A stretch of DNA of 53,467 nucleotides from Candidatus Dormiibacterota bacterium. Its GTDB lineage: Bacteria; Chloroflexota; Dormibacteria; Aeolococcales; Aeolococcaceae. Under the pieces are notes generated by a model. It worked only from the letters and a program-made list of their open reading frames with translations. It did no database searches and was not told the origin of the DNA. The DNA lies in NCBI GenBank assembly GCA_036786805.1, contig DAIQQM010000002.1:1-53467 (forward strand), given 5' to 3'. Numbering within the stretch: the stretch's first letter is position 1; each line of letters starts with the position of its first letter. A program made the position numbers and the translations under genes. Of this stretch, positions 9,906-17,555 are shown one piece after another.

Positions 9906-10303
9906 GATGCGCCCTCGTGTACCGGTGTTGGTGAAGTGATCTCGGCGCTCACCCCTGCTGAGGAGATGAGCCGAGCGAAGCTTTTGAAATGACTGGCGAT
10001 GGCGTCGCGATCGAGGCGGCAGAACACCTCGCGGCCCTCGCGGCGGGTCCGGATCACCTCCGCCTTTCGGAGGATGCGCAGATGCCAGCTCATGCGTGGC
10101 TGGCTCACCTGGCAGAAGTCGGCGAGCTCGGAGACGCGCATCTCCGACGTCGTCGCGAGACGCTCGACGATGAGCAGCCTTGTCGGATTGGCGAGCCCTT
10201 CGAAGTGGACCGAGAGGTCACTCGCTCCGATGGCGATGCTTCCCGGGAGTGCGCGGCGCGGCGGCCGGCTCGGCGCGTCAGAACCCATAAAGGAATCTTT
10301 CAT
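9902..10303 (-). CDS. ArsR/SmtB family transcriptional regulator
   Basis: The winged-HTH region reads [48 protein letters not shown]. It is translationally coupled to ino1. Start is ATG 10303 or ATG 10288. Confidence 0.75.
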   Translation of the reverse strand: MKDSFMGSDAPSRPPRRALPGSIAIGASDLSVHFEGLANPTRLLIVERLATTSEMRVSELADFCQVSQPRMSWHLRILRKAEVIRTRREGREVFCRLDRDAIASHFKSFARLISSAGVSAEITSPTPVHEGAS

Positions 10304-10320
10304 AAAGGATCGCTTATGAA
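10299..10320. promoter_or_regulatory. Candidate operator: inverted repeat TTCATAA-N8-TTATGAA
   Basis: Perfect 7-bp arms sit at 10299-10305 and 10314-10320 in an unusually AT-rich patch overlapping the arsR start. A 9-bp direct repeat CATAAAGGA also occurs at 10286-10294 and 10301-10309. ArsR-family operators are typically AT-rich TGAA/TTCA-type palindromes. Confidence 0.3.
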
Positions 10321-10358
10321 TGCTAGACCCTTCAGGATCCGAACGCAAGGGCCGAAGG

Positions 10359-10595
10359 TCACTCCCCGGGTTGCTCTTCGGCTCCCGGGATCCGCGCCTC
10401 GCTGCGCGGTGTGGAGTCGTCCTCGGGGGCCGCATCGGGCTCCTGCGCGCCGGCCGCCGCGGCCTCGCGGTCCTGGTAGGGCGGGAGGATCACCGCGAGG
10501 AGCCGAAGGATGACGACGCACACCAGGATCACGACGATGAAGGCCACCACGGCGAGCCCGATGCCGCCGAGCACGGATCCGATGTCCAGGAGCAT
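10359..10595 (-). CDS. Small membrane protein (one N-terminal TM, acidic tail)
   Basis: The 78-aa ORF begins MLLDIGSVLGGIGLAVVAFIVVILVCVVILRLL and has strong GC3 bias. It lies upstream of and co-oriented with arsR-ino1. Confidence 0.45.
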   Translation of the reverse strand: MLLDIGSVLGGIGLAVVAFIVVILVCVVILRLLAVILPPYQDREAAAAGAQEPDAAPEDDSTPRSEARIPGAEEQPGE

Positions 10596-10604
10596 CCGGG
10601 AAGG

Positions 10605-11168
10605 ATGGCAGGCAAGGCTACGATCGATCCGATGTCCGAGCTGCCCAGTCCCACCGAGCTGCCCGCATCACTGACGGTTCGAAGGGGCAGGATCGTCTTC
10701 CGGGCTCGCCGGCCGGTGGCGCTCGTTCTCCCGCTGCTCGCGGTGACCGAGGTCGCCGGCGTGATCTGCCTGCTCATCGGCGCCACGATCGGGTGGTTCA
10801 TCATGGCCGCCCCGTTGGTCGGACTGGCGACCACGGCTGTGGTGCTCCGGCCAACCCTGGAGCTGACCCGCGACGGCCTCGTGCAACGCCAGTACCCATA
10901 CAGCAGCCTCACGCGCTGGGACGTCATCGCGAACGTCGGAATCGCCCGGGCAGGGAACCGCGTGATCCTCGCCTACAAGCTCGTGCCCGACGTCCCGCCG
11001 CCGCGGCACCAGCCCGCCGCCGACCTGCTCAGGGCAGTCGACGCGCCGTACGACGGCGGGTGGTTCGCCGACTCGCTCGCGGGCGGACCTGACGAGGCGC
11101 TCGCGGTGGTCACGCGCTACCTGAACGAGCCCGACCTGCGCGCCATGCTGCCGATCACGCGCCGCTGA
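10605..11168 (+). CDS. Membrane protein with two TM segments and a possible bacterial PH-like C-terminal domain
   Basis: ATG at 10605 follows GGGAAGG; the upstream part of the 282-aa track ORF overlaps the opposite-strand gene. TM pair: LVLPLLAVTEVAGVICLLIGATIGWFIMAAPLVGLATTAVVL. The function call is tentative. Confidence 0.5.
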   Translation: MAGKATIDPMSELPSPTELPASLTVRRGRIVFRARRPVALVLPLLAVTEVAGVICLLIGATIGWFIMAAPLVGLATTAVVLRPTLELTRDGLVQRQYPYSSLTRWDVIANVGIARAGNRVILAYKLVPDVPPPRHQPAADLLRAVDAPYDGGWFADSLAGGPDEALAVVTRYLNEPDLRAMLPITRR

Positions 11169-11176
11169 GCGCTGAC

Positions 11177-11203
11177 AGGCGGCGGCAGATCGAGGCGCCG
11201 CCT
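11177..11203. terminator. GC-rich hairpin between convergent genes
   Basis: AGGCGGCG (11177-11184) pairs with CGCCGCCT (11196-11203) around an 11-nt loop, 9 nt after the stop at 11166-11168. There is no clear U-tract. Confidence 0.35.
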
Positions 11204-11304
11204 CCCAGCGCGTTGTTCGCAAATGAAGCCCCGGGACAGCTGGAGACCATGGGATGTCCTCACCTCGGTGGAGGCCGATGCTTGGACTCACGATTCCGGA
11301 TGGG

Positions 11305-12585
11305 CTAACCGAAGGTCACGTGCAGAAGCAGAGCCTCGTTACCGCCGACCACCCATAAGCCGGACGCACTTGGTGCAAGGATGGACACGTCGGATGAAAC
11401 GGTGCCGGGAATCGTCAGATGGGACGACGACTCGAGCCCCGTGTTCGGGTCCAGCGCGGTGAGGTATCCCCCCGATCCCGGAGGACCGAACGCATTGTGC
11501 AGTTGCCAGATCAACCCGGATTGAAAGACGACTGCCGACGCGCCCGAACCCTCGGGCAGCGTGCTGATCCTGCCATCCACCGAGTTCACGACCAGTGGGA
11601 GGTCTCCGGCGCTATCGAAGACGTAGAGCCAGGGGCCGCTGCAGGTCATCACCGGCGACCACGCACCCTGAATCGTCGCAACGGTGCGAGCAGGTCCGCC
11701 AGTCATGCGAATCGCGTAGACGTTGATGCTCTGAGCTCCGCCGCCGGACAGCTCGCTCACGCCCAGATATGCGTCGCCACCACAGGCAGCAAGGGCGCTG
11801 TCCGCCGATATCGCAGGGCCCTGAAGGGTCCCCGGCACGGTGGCGACGAGAGATGACCGTCCGGCGCTCAGGAGATAGATGTCGGTCGGACCATTTGCCG
11901 TCCGGGAGGACACGACGAGCGCACTGTTCCCATTCGCCACGACCGCGGTGGGGCTCGTGATTCGATAGAGGTGCAGCAGAGCTCCGGTGACCGCGTTGAA
12001 CTGCATGACAGTGTTCTGATCGGGCAGCACGCGCGAACCATCGCCGAAGCTGTTGGCAACCCAGACGTAGCTGCCGGACGCCGAAACCGCCTCAGGGTCT
12101 CCCCCAACCGGCCAGCTCCCAGTCTGGCGGGCCGACGATGCATCGACGCGAAAAAGTCTGCCCCTGTCCCCATATACCGCACTGTGGGCTGCAACCCACA
12201 CGCTGCCCGGACCCACGGATATCGCGTTGGCCTGGAAGCTGCCGAGGCTCAGTTGCTGCGTGATGCGCAAGGGAATAGCCGGCCCCGGAGTCAGGCTCGG
12301 TGACGGAGCGGGAGGGCTGGTGGTGGCGGTGGCTGTGGGCACCGGAGTGTGGCGTGCGGGCGATGGCGGTGGAAGCGAATGACGGGTGAGCGCCACGATG
12401 AACGTGATCGCCACCGCAGCGACGACGCCGGCAAGGAGGAGCTCGAGCGCAAGCCTCGGATGTCGCGGCGCCTCGAAGTCGTGCCGCGATACGAACCGCT
12501 CCACACGAGCGAGCGCGACCTCTTCGGTCGGAGTGAGGGGACGGGAATGCAGTGTCTCCGCGATCACATCGACGTCATCACTCAT
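11305..12585 (-). CDS. Putative anti-sigma factor: single-pass membrane protein with repeat-rich (beta-propeller-like) extracytoplasmic domain
   Basis: Its ATG overlaps the stop of the ECF sigma gene (ATGA at 12582-12585). It has a short cytoplasmic N-terminus, then the TM segment LALELLLAGVVAAVAITFIVAL, then a Pro-rich linker and repeated strand-like segments. Confidence 0.6.
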   Translation of the reverse strand: MSDDVDVIAETLHSRPLTPTEEVALARVERFVSRHDFEAPRHPRLALELLLAGVVAAVAITFIVALTRHSLPPPSPARHTPVPTATATTSPPAPSPSLTPGPAIPLRITQQLSLGSFQANAISVGPGSVWVAAHSAVYGDRGRLFRVDASSARQTGSWPVGGDPEAVSASGSYVWVANSFGDGSRVLPDQNTVMQFNAVTGALLHLYRITSPTAVVANGNSALVVSSRTANGPTDIYLLSAGRSSLVATVPGTLQGPAISADSALAACGGDAYLGVSELSGGGAQSINVYAIRMTGGPARTVATIQGAWSPVMTCSGPWLYVFDSAGDLPLVVNSVDGRISTLPEGSGASAVVFQSGLIWQLHNAFGPPGSGGYLTALDPNTGLESSSHLTIPGTVSSDVSILAPSASGLWVVGGNEALLLHVTFG

Positions 12586-13124
12586 GGCTCACCTCTCGGA
12601 ATCGACGACAACGTTCGACGGAGCGACTCGCGTGCTCTGGCAAGCAGCTGCTTCGCCGCAGGCTCACTGATGCCCAATGTGCCGGCGACATCGAGGATCG
12701 TCAGATCACTGCCGTATCGGAGGGAGATGGCGGTCCGCTGCCGCCTCGGCAGCCGCGCGAGAGCGCGGTCGAGGTCATCGTTTCGCCCCTCCTGGTCCGA
12801 TGAGTCCCTCGCTCCTTGCCAGAAGACCGGGAGTGCGGGCCAGCGCCGGCGAGGGCGCCTCGCCTCGTGATAGGCGATGGCGATGAACCACGCCGCGAAG
12901 TCGCCGCGTCGCTGGAGGTGGTGCCGCCACGCCCGGATCGAGGCATCCTGGAGTACGTCGGCAGCGTCATTTTCGGACAGGCCCATGGCACGGAGGGCTC
13001 GAAATGCCGGTCGCAGGGCGGCCAGGAGCGCTTCCGCGAAGGCCTCCTCGTCGTAGCCCGGGATCTTCTGAGAACTCACGCCGACCGGCCTCTCCATGAG
13101 CAGCTCCCGCCCGTCCGTTGCCAT
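12582..13124 (-). CDS. ECF (group IV) RNA polymerase sigma factor
   Basis: Region 2 reads DVLQDASIRAWRHH and region 4 HTH reads RQRTAISLRYGSDLTILDVAGTLGISEPAAKQLLARAR. Start is ATG 13124 or ATG 13097. Confidence 0.85.
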   Translation of the reverse strand: MATDGRELLMERPVGVSSQKIPGYDEEAFAEALLAALRPAFRALRAMGLSENDAADVLQDASIRAWRHHLQRRGDFAAWFIAIAYHEARRPRRRWPALPVFWQGARDSSDQEGRNDDLDRALARLPRRQRTAISLRYGSDLTILDVAGTLGISEPAAKQLLARARESLRRTLSSIPRGEP

Positions 13125-13326
13125 CTGCTACCGGTAAGACCCCGGCACGGAGGGAAAAGGTAACGGTCGCTTTCGGAGCGTACCCGGGAGCGAGCCATCA
13201 CGAGTCCGGCCGCGCCGCTGCCCAATCCGACCCCGACGGTTGAACACGGGGTGAATTCACGCCGCATCCATCGCACTGCACTCTCGAGATCGCTCCTTCA
13301 CATCACACGCGGGTACCCTTTCGTCA

Positions 13327-14340
13327 ATGCTGTTGGGCATTCGGCGCTTGATCGTGCTTGCCACGCTGGGAACCACTTTTGCGTGCGGACGCACAACCGC
13401 GCCGACGGTCGTGGCGATCGTGACGCCTGCACCAGTCCCGAGCACGGCGACATCGACTGATGCAGCATCGGGCGCCGGCCCGAGACCGTTCACGATCCCC
13501 GGGGTACTCGCCTGCCGCGCGGCTGATCTCGACGTCGTGGTCAAGGTCGCGAACCCGTCCTACATCGGCGACGGACCCATGAACACGAGCAGCTGGGCTC
13601 TCACCATGACCGACGTCGGCTCACGGCCGTGTTTCGTCGGGCCTTCGCCGGACGTCTCCTTCTTCACATCGAGCGGCCAGCTCCCTATCCGAAAGGGCCC
13701 GCCATGGTCGGGAGAGATCGTGTATCTGAGTCCCGCCAAGGAACCCGCGCCGCCATACTTCGGCTCGGCGACTGGCGAGATTGACGTCGATCAGTGTCAC
13801 CTGGCTCAGCCTGTCGACTACCTGCTCGTCAATCTCGGTGAGACGCTCGGCAGCGTTCGGGTGAGTCCAGGGCCCGCGGCCGGCTGGGGCACCTCGTGTC
13901 CGGTGGGAGGCGAGAGCTACTTCACGGAACTCTACGGCCTCCCCAACGACGGATCCATCGGCGGATACGCTCCACGCACGGAAACGACGGTCACCGCACC
14001 TCCAACGGCGCGGCCGGGAGAGCGCGTGAACTTCACGGTCACCCTTGTGAACCAGGCAGTCGCCGGCCTCGGCCTCGGGAGCCCCGCGACCAATCCGACC
14101 TGGACCTTCGCGCGGTGCCCGATGTTCTACAAGGAGGTGGAGGGCGTTGTCGGAACATTCCAAACCTCGCTGCTGGACTGCGCGAACGCCAAGCCAATCC
14201 CCGCCGGAGGGAGCGAAACCTTCGACATGCACATCGATATTCCCGCCGACGCCCAGCCTGGGCCCGCAACGCTGATCTGGAGCATTGTCGGGAGCCGCGC
14301 GTTGTATCAGGAAGGGACGAGCTACCTGCCGATCGTGTGA
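13327..14340 (+). CDS. Secreted hypothetical protein (signal peptide / possible lipoprotein)
   Basis: The N-terminus MLLGIRRLIVLATLGTTFACGRTT is signal-like. The ORF is 337 aa with GC3 bias and no recognisable family. Confidence 0.55.
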   Translation: MLLGIRRLIVLATLGTTFACGRTTAPTVVAIVTPAPVPSTATSTDAASGAGPRPFTIPGVLACRAADLDVVVKVANPSYIGDGPMNTSSWALTMTDVGSRPCFVGPSPDVSFFTSSGQLPIRKGPPWSGEIVYLSPAKEPAPPYFGSATGEIDVDQCHLAQPVDYLLVNLGETLGSVRVSPGPAAGWGTSCPVGGESYFTELYGLPNDGSIGGYAPRTETTVTAPPTARPGERVNFTVTLVNQAVAGLGLGSPATNPTWTFARCPMFYKEVEGVVGTFQTSLLDCANAKPIPAGGSETFDMHIDIPADAQPGPATLIWSIVGSRALYQEGTSYLPIV

Positions 14341-14386
14341 GCCCAGACACTACAATTCCCCGAGCCCAGCGCGAAGGTGTCAGGAG

Positions 14387-14415
14387 AGGTGTCAGGTGCC
14401 CGGAGCGAGACACCT
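14387..14415 (+). terminator. Hairpin downstream of the secreted-protein gene
   Basis: AGGTGTC (14387-14393) pairs with GACACCT (14409-14415). A second upstream copy AAGGTGTC at 14374-14381 could form an alternative pairing. Confidence 0.3.
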
Positions 14416-14449
14416 TGAGGACCAGAAACCCCATATACTGCAAGCCCAT

Positions 14450-14525
14450 CCCAGGGTAGCCAAGTGGTCAAGGCAGCGGTCTGTAAAACCGTGTACCGAT
14501 GGTTCGACTCCATCCCCTGGGACCA
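14450..14525 (+). tRNA. tRNA with GUA anticodon (Tyr by anticodon), 76 nt, 5-nt variable loop, encoded CCA
   Basis: Hand fold: acceptor CCCAGGG/CCCTGGG, D arm GCCA-AGTGGTCA-AGGC, anticodon arm GCGGT-CTGTAAA-ACCGT, variable GTACC, T arm GATGG-TTCGACT-CCATC, discriminator A, then CCA. Confidence 0.8.
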
Positions 14526-14549
14526 CTTTGCACCCGCGTTGTACCCGAC

Positions 14550-15158
14550 GTGAGCAACACTGAGCCCGAAGAGATTCCGGCGAACACGCAATCCCGGCTT
14601 CGTACGCGCCGGATCCAACTCATCCCGCTCGCGGACGAGCATCTCGAGTTGGAGCTGGAGCTCGACTCGGACCCGGAAGTGCTCCGGTATCTGTCATCCC
14701 GGGCACGAACTCGCGCTGAGGTTGAGGCGGCACATCGCCGGCGCAGGGCCGTCGCGAGCCGCATTCCCGGCCTCGGCTTCTGGGTCGGCTTCGTCGGGGG
14801 TCGGTTTGTTGGATGGTGGATACTACAGCCGCCGGACGGTCCCGACCAGCCATACGGACCCGACCAGGCAGACCTCGGATACCGGCTGCTGCGGCGCTGG
14901 TGGCGTCAGGGTTTGGCCAGGGAAGGAGCTCGCGAGCTGCTTCGATACGGCTTTGAAGAGAGGCGGCTCCGCCGGATCTTTGCTCAGACACTGGCCGTGA
15001 ACGCGCCGTCACGCGGTGTCATGGCGAACCTTGGCTTGACCTACGTGCGCGCGTTCCCTGCAGACGCTGAAGACCAAGATGTTCCAGGGCACGAGCACGG
15101 TCAGGTGGAGTACGCGATCACTCGCGAGGGATGGCTCCTGCGTAGTAGATCTGAATAG
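14550..15158 (+). CDS. GNAT family N-acetyltransferase
   Basis: GTG at 14550 is the first start codon after the tRNA. GNAT-like core: RRWWRQGLAREGARELLRYGFEERRLRRIFAQTLAVNAPSRGVMANLGL. Confidence 0.7.
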   Translation: MSNTEPEEIPANTQSRLRTRRIQLIPLADEHLELELELDSDPEVLRYLSSRARTRAEVEAAHRRRRAVASRIPGLGFWVGFVGGRFVGWWILQPPDGPDQPYGPDQADLGYRLLRRWWRQGLAREGARELLRYGFEERRLRRIFAQTLAVNAPSRGVMANLGLTYVRAFPADAEDQDVPGHEHGQVEYAITREGWLLRSRSE

Positions 15159-15216
15159 CGCCCACCAAGAGCTGAAGCAAGTCCGTGATCTCTCGTCGAA
15201 GAAACCGGCCACGTGC

Positions 15217-16095
15217 TCATGGCGCGCCCACCGCGGCAGGGGTCGCCGCCGAGCGGCGGATGGTGATGTCGCCGAACGAGCTCCGTGCACGGACTTCCAC
15301 CGATGACTCCCCCGTCTGCGGCGGTCCCGCGACGTCGAGCTCGTTGTGGACCTTGCCGAACTTCGTGTTGACATCCAGCCAGGCTGCGACCCCCTGGCGG
15401 ATCCCGACATCCACCTTGCCAAGCGTCGTCTGCGCGACCACCGCTCCACCGCGGACATCGCCGAGGCGCACATCGCCGTTGGCGGTCTTGGCGACCACCG
15501 AGGCGCCCGCGTGGTCGACGCTGATCGAGCCGTTCGCGGTGACCACCCGCAGGTCCTTCGAGACGTCGCCCATCCAGGTGTCGCCGTTTGCCCCCTTGAC
15601 CACCGCGGTCCCGTCCACCGAGCCGATGCGGACCGCACCCGAGCCGGTGTTGATCTGCGCGTGGCCGGACGCCCGGTCGATCGAGATATCGCCGATCCCG
15701 GTGGTCAGATGGGCCGGTCCCACCTGCTCGATCTGGATGTCACCGACTCCGGTGTTGAAGTTGCACTCGCCGAGCGGTCCGGTGCTGTGCAGCGCGGCGA
15801 CTCCCGCCTCGCCGCGGACCCGCGAGCCTGCCGGGAGGTCGATGCGCACATCGATCGACTCGATACCGGAGCGCGGGGTGAAATGCCGCCACCCCTTGGG
15901 CGCCTTGATGAGCAACCGGCCGGCCGAGAACTCGACCTGGGTTTGCTCGGCGGCGGTCACGTCAGCCGGCTTGGCCGGGTTGCTGGGCAGCACCGAGACA
16001 TCGGTGTCCTTCCGGTCGCTCGCCGTGATCCTGACGTCGGCGACTTCGAGCTCCAGGGTCACAAGAATGGGTTCCGGGGTATCGAACGTGGGCAT
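15217..16095 (-). CDS. DUF4097-family beta-strand repeat protein
   Basis: It carries repeated G-x-I/V motifs (TGVGDIQIE, TGIGDISID, TGSGAVRIG, ANGSISVD, ANGDVRLG, SFGDITI) typical of DUF4097 / putative adhesin repeat proteins. Confidence 0.7.
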   Translation of the reverse strand: MPTFDTPEPILVTLELEVADVRITASDRKDTDVSVLPSNPAKPADVTAAEQTQVEFSAGRLLIKAPKGWRHFTPRSGIESIDVRIDLPAGSRVRGEAGVAALHSTGPLGECNFNTGVGDIQIEQVGPAHLTTGIGDISIDRASGHAQINTGSGAVRIGSVDGTAVVKGANGDTWMGDVSKDLRVVTANGSISVDHAGASVVAKTANGDVRLGDVRGGAVVAQTTLGKVDVGIRQGVAAWLDVNTKFGKVHNELDVAGPPQTGESSVEVRARSSFGDITIRRSAATPAAVGAP

Positions 16096-16122
16096 GGCTG
16101 TCTTCTCCTGTGGGTTGTCGGG

Positions 16123-16653
16123 TTAGCGGACCCAGCCCGTGTAGCGGCCGGCGCCCGTGGACGGCCGCCCCTCGCGGCGGTGCCCCGGCTCGGCGCCATC
16201 GAGCGCGGAGCTCGCAGCGCGGACGAGCCATGTGTTGACGGAAAGCCCCTGACCGCTCGCGGCCTGCTCGACCCTCGTCTTCAGCTGGTCGGGGAGGCGC
16301 AGATTGATGCGGGAGGTCCCCCCGTCCTCAGGCTCGCCTGAGTGACGTGACGCGACGCTTGACGGCCCGGCGTAGGTCGCGGCCGAGAGGTCGTCGACAC
16401 CACGGTCGTCGGGCGGCGGCGTGACGACGAATTCCGGATTGCGACCCCGGATGCGCAGCTCCACCGACCCCGGTGCAAGCTCCCGGGTGATCTCCTCGGC
16501 GGCGGCACCGAGCGCATCCTGCAGCGCCAGACGGATCGCCGCATCGAGCGGAGCTGCGAGCCGTTCGGCGAGGGCGCGCGCCTCTTCCCCGCCTGCCTCG
16601 GCGGCATCGGCCAGCTGTTGGTGAATGGTCTCGACGTACGGGCGTAGGTCCAT
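16123..16653 (-). CDS. Hypothetical protein with C-terminal ribbon-helix-helix (CopG/Arc/HicB-like) segment
   Basis: ATG is at 16651-16653 (MDLRPYVETIHQQL). The C-terminal RINLRLPDQLKTRVEQAASGQGLSVNTWLVRAA is RHH-like. It lies immediately upstream of the DUF4097 gene. Confidence 0.6.
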   Translation of the reverse strand: MDLRPYVETIHQQLADAAEAGGEEARALAERLAAPLDAAIRLALQDALGAAAEEITRELAPGSVELRIRGRNPEFVVTPPPDDRGVDDLSAATYAGPSSVASRHSGEPEDGGTSRINLRLPDQLKTRVEQAASGQGLSVNTWLVRAASSALDGAEPGHRREGRPSTGAGRYTGWVR

Positions 16654-16656
16654 GGC

Positions 16657-16678
16657 GCCACTATGGCACCACAGTGGC
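16657..16678. promoter_or_regulatory. 22-bp imperfect palindrome GCCACTATGGCACCACAGTGGC (candidate RHH operator)
   Basis: Outer arms GCCACT / AGTGGC are perfect. It begins 4 nt upstream of the ATG at 16653, so it occupies the position where an RBS would be expected. Confidence 0.3.
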
Positions 16679-16870
16679 ATCATGTCAAGCAATTCTGAGC
16701 CAGGGTGGCGCGATCGGCCTTTGCCGGTGCTCACGATCGGCTCCAACTGAGGACGCGTCAACTGGTCGCATCGGTGGAGCCCGCTGGGCGCCGACCGCCG
16801 GGAGTGCCATCGTTAGGGCCGTGACCAGACCAACCCGGAGCCGGCGACGGCCGCGCGACGCGGTCAAGCC

Positions 16871-17521
16871 ATGACCCACTGCTGCTCGCCAGAGGGCTAC
16901 CGCTGGGTGTTCAGCGAACGGCACGCACGCCGCGAGGCCCGGCGATATCAGCGGCACGGTCTCGATTCGACAGCCCGCCGGATCCGGAACCTCCTGAAGC
17001 CCGAGGATGTCGACGGCGTGACCCTGCTCGAGGTCGGCGGTGGCATCGGCACGCTCCAGGTCGAGTTGCTCAAGTCAGGCGTCGGACACGTGGTCGGCGT
17101 GGAGATGACGCCCACCTATCAAGCGGCCGCCGAAGGCCTGCTCCGCGCCGCCGGACTCGAGGGGCGAGTCGAGCGCCGGCTGATGGACTTTGCGGAGTCG
17201 GGCACGGACGTTGCGCCCGCCGACATCGTGGTCCTGAACCGCGTCCTCTGCTGCTACCCCGACATGCCGAAGCTCGTGGGATCGGCCGCCGATCATGCCT
17301 CGCACCTGCTGCTCTTGAGCTTTCCGAACCGGCGATGGTGGACGTGGTCCGCGTTCACGATGAGCAACATCGCGCTGTGGCTCCTGCGACGGCGGTTCCG
17401 CCTGTTCCTGCATCGGTCAGGAGACATCCTCGCGGCGGCCGAGCAGGCCGGCCTCGCGACAGTGGCGAATCAGCCGGGTGTCGTCTGGCAGGTTGTCGCG
17501 CTTCGGCGGCATGCGGCGTGA
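16871..17521 (+). CDS. Class I SAM-dependent methyltransferase
   Basis: It has motif I LLEVGGGIGT and downstream methyltransferase-fold spacing. Confidence 0.75.
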   Translation: MTHCCSPEGYRWVFSERHARREARRYQRHGLDSTARRIRNLLKPEDVDGVTLLEVGGGIGTLQVELLKSGVGHVVGVEMTPTYQAAAEGLLRAAGLEGRVERRLMDFAESGTDVAPADIVVLNRVLCCYPDMPKLVGSAADHASHLLLLSFPNRRWWTWSAFTMSNIALWLLRRRFRLFLHRSGDILAAAEQAGLATVANQPGVVWQVVALRRHAA

Positions 17522-17555
17522 ACTCGAGCATCCGGGCACACGATGGCGCGACCGC

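Noticed and set aside
13125-13260. ECF-type autoregulatory promoter upstream of the sigma factor gene
   Set aside because: The only loose match is GGGTAC-N14-CGTTA, with non-canonical spacing and -35. That is not good enough to annotate.
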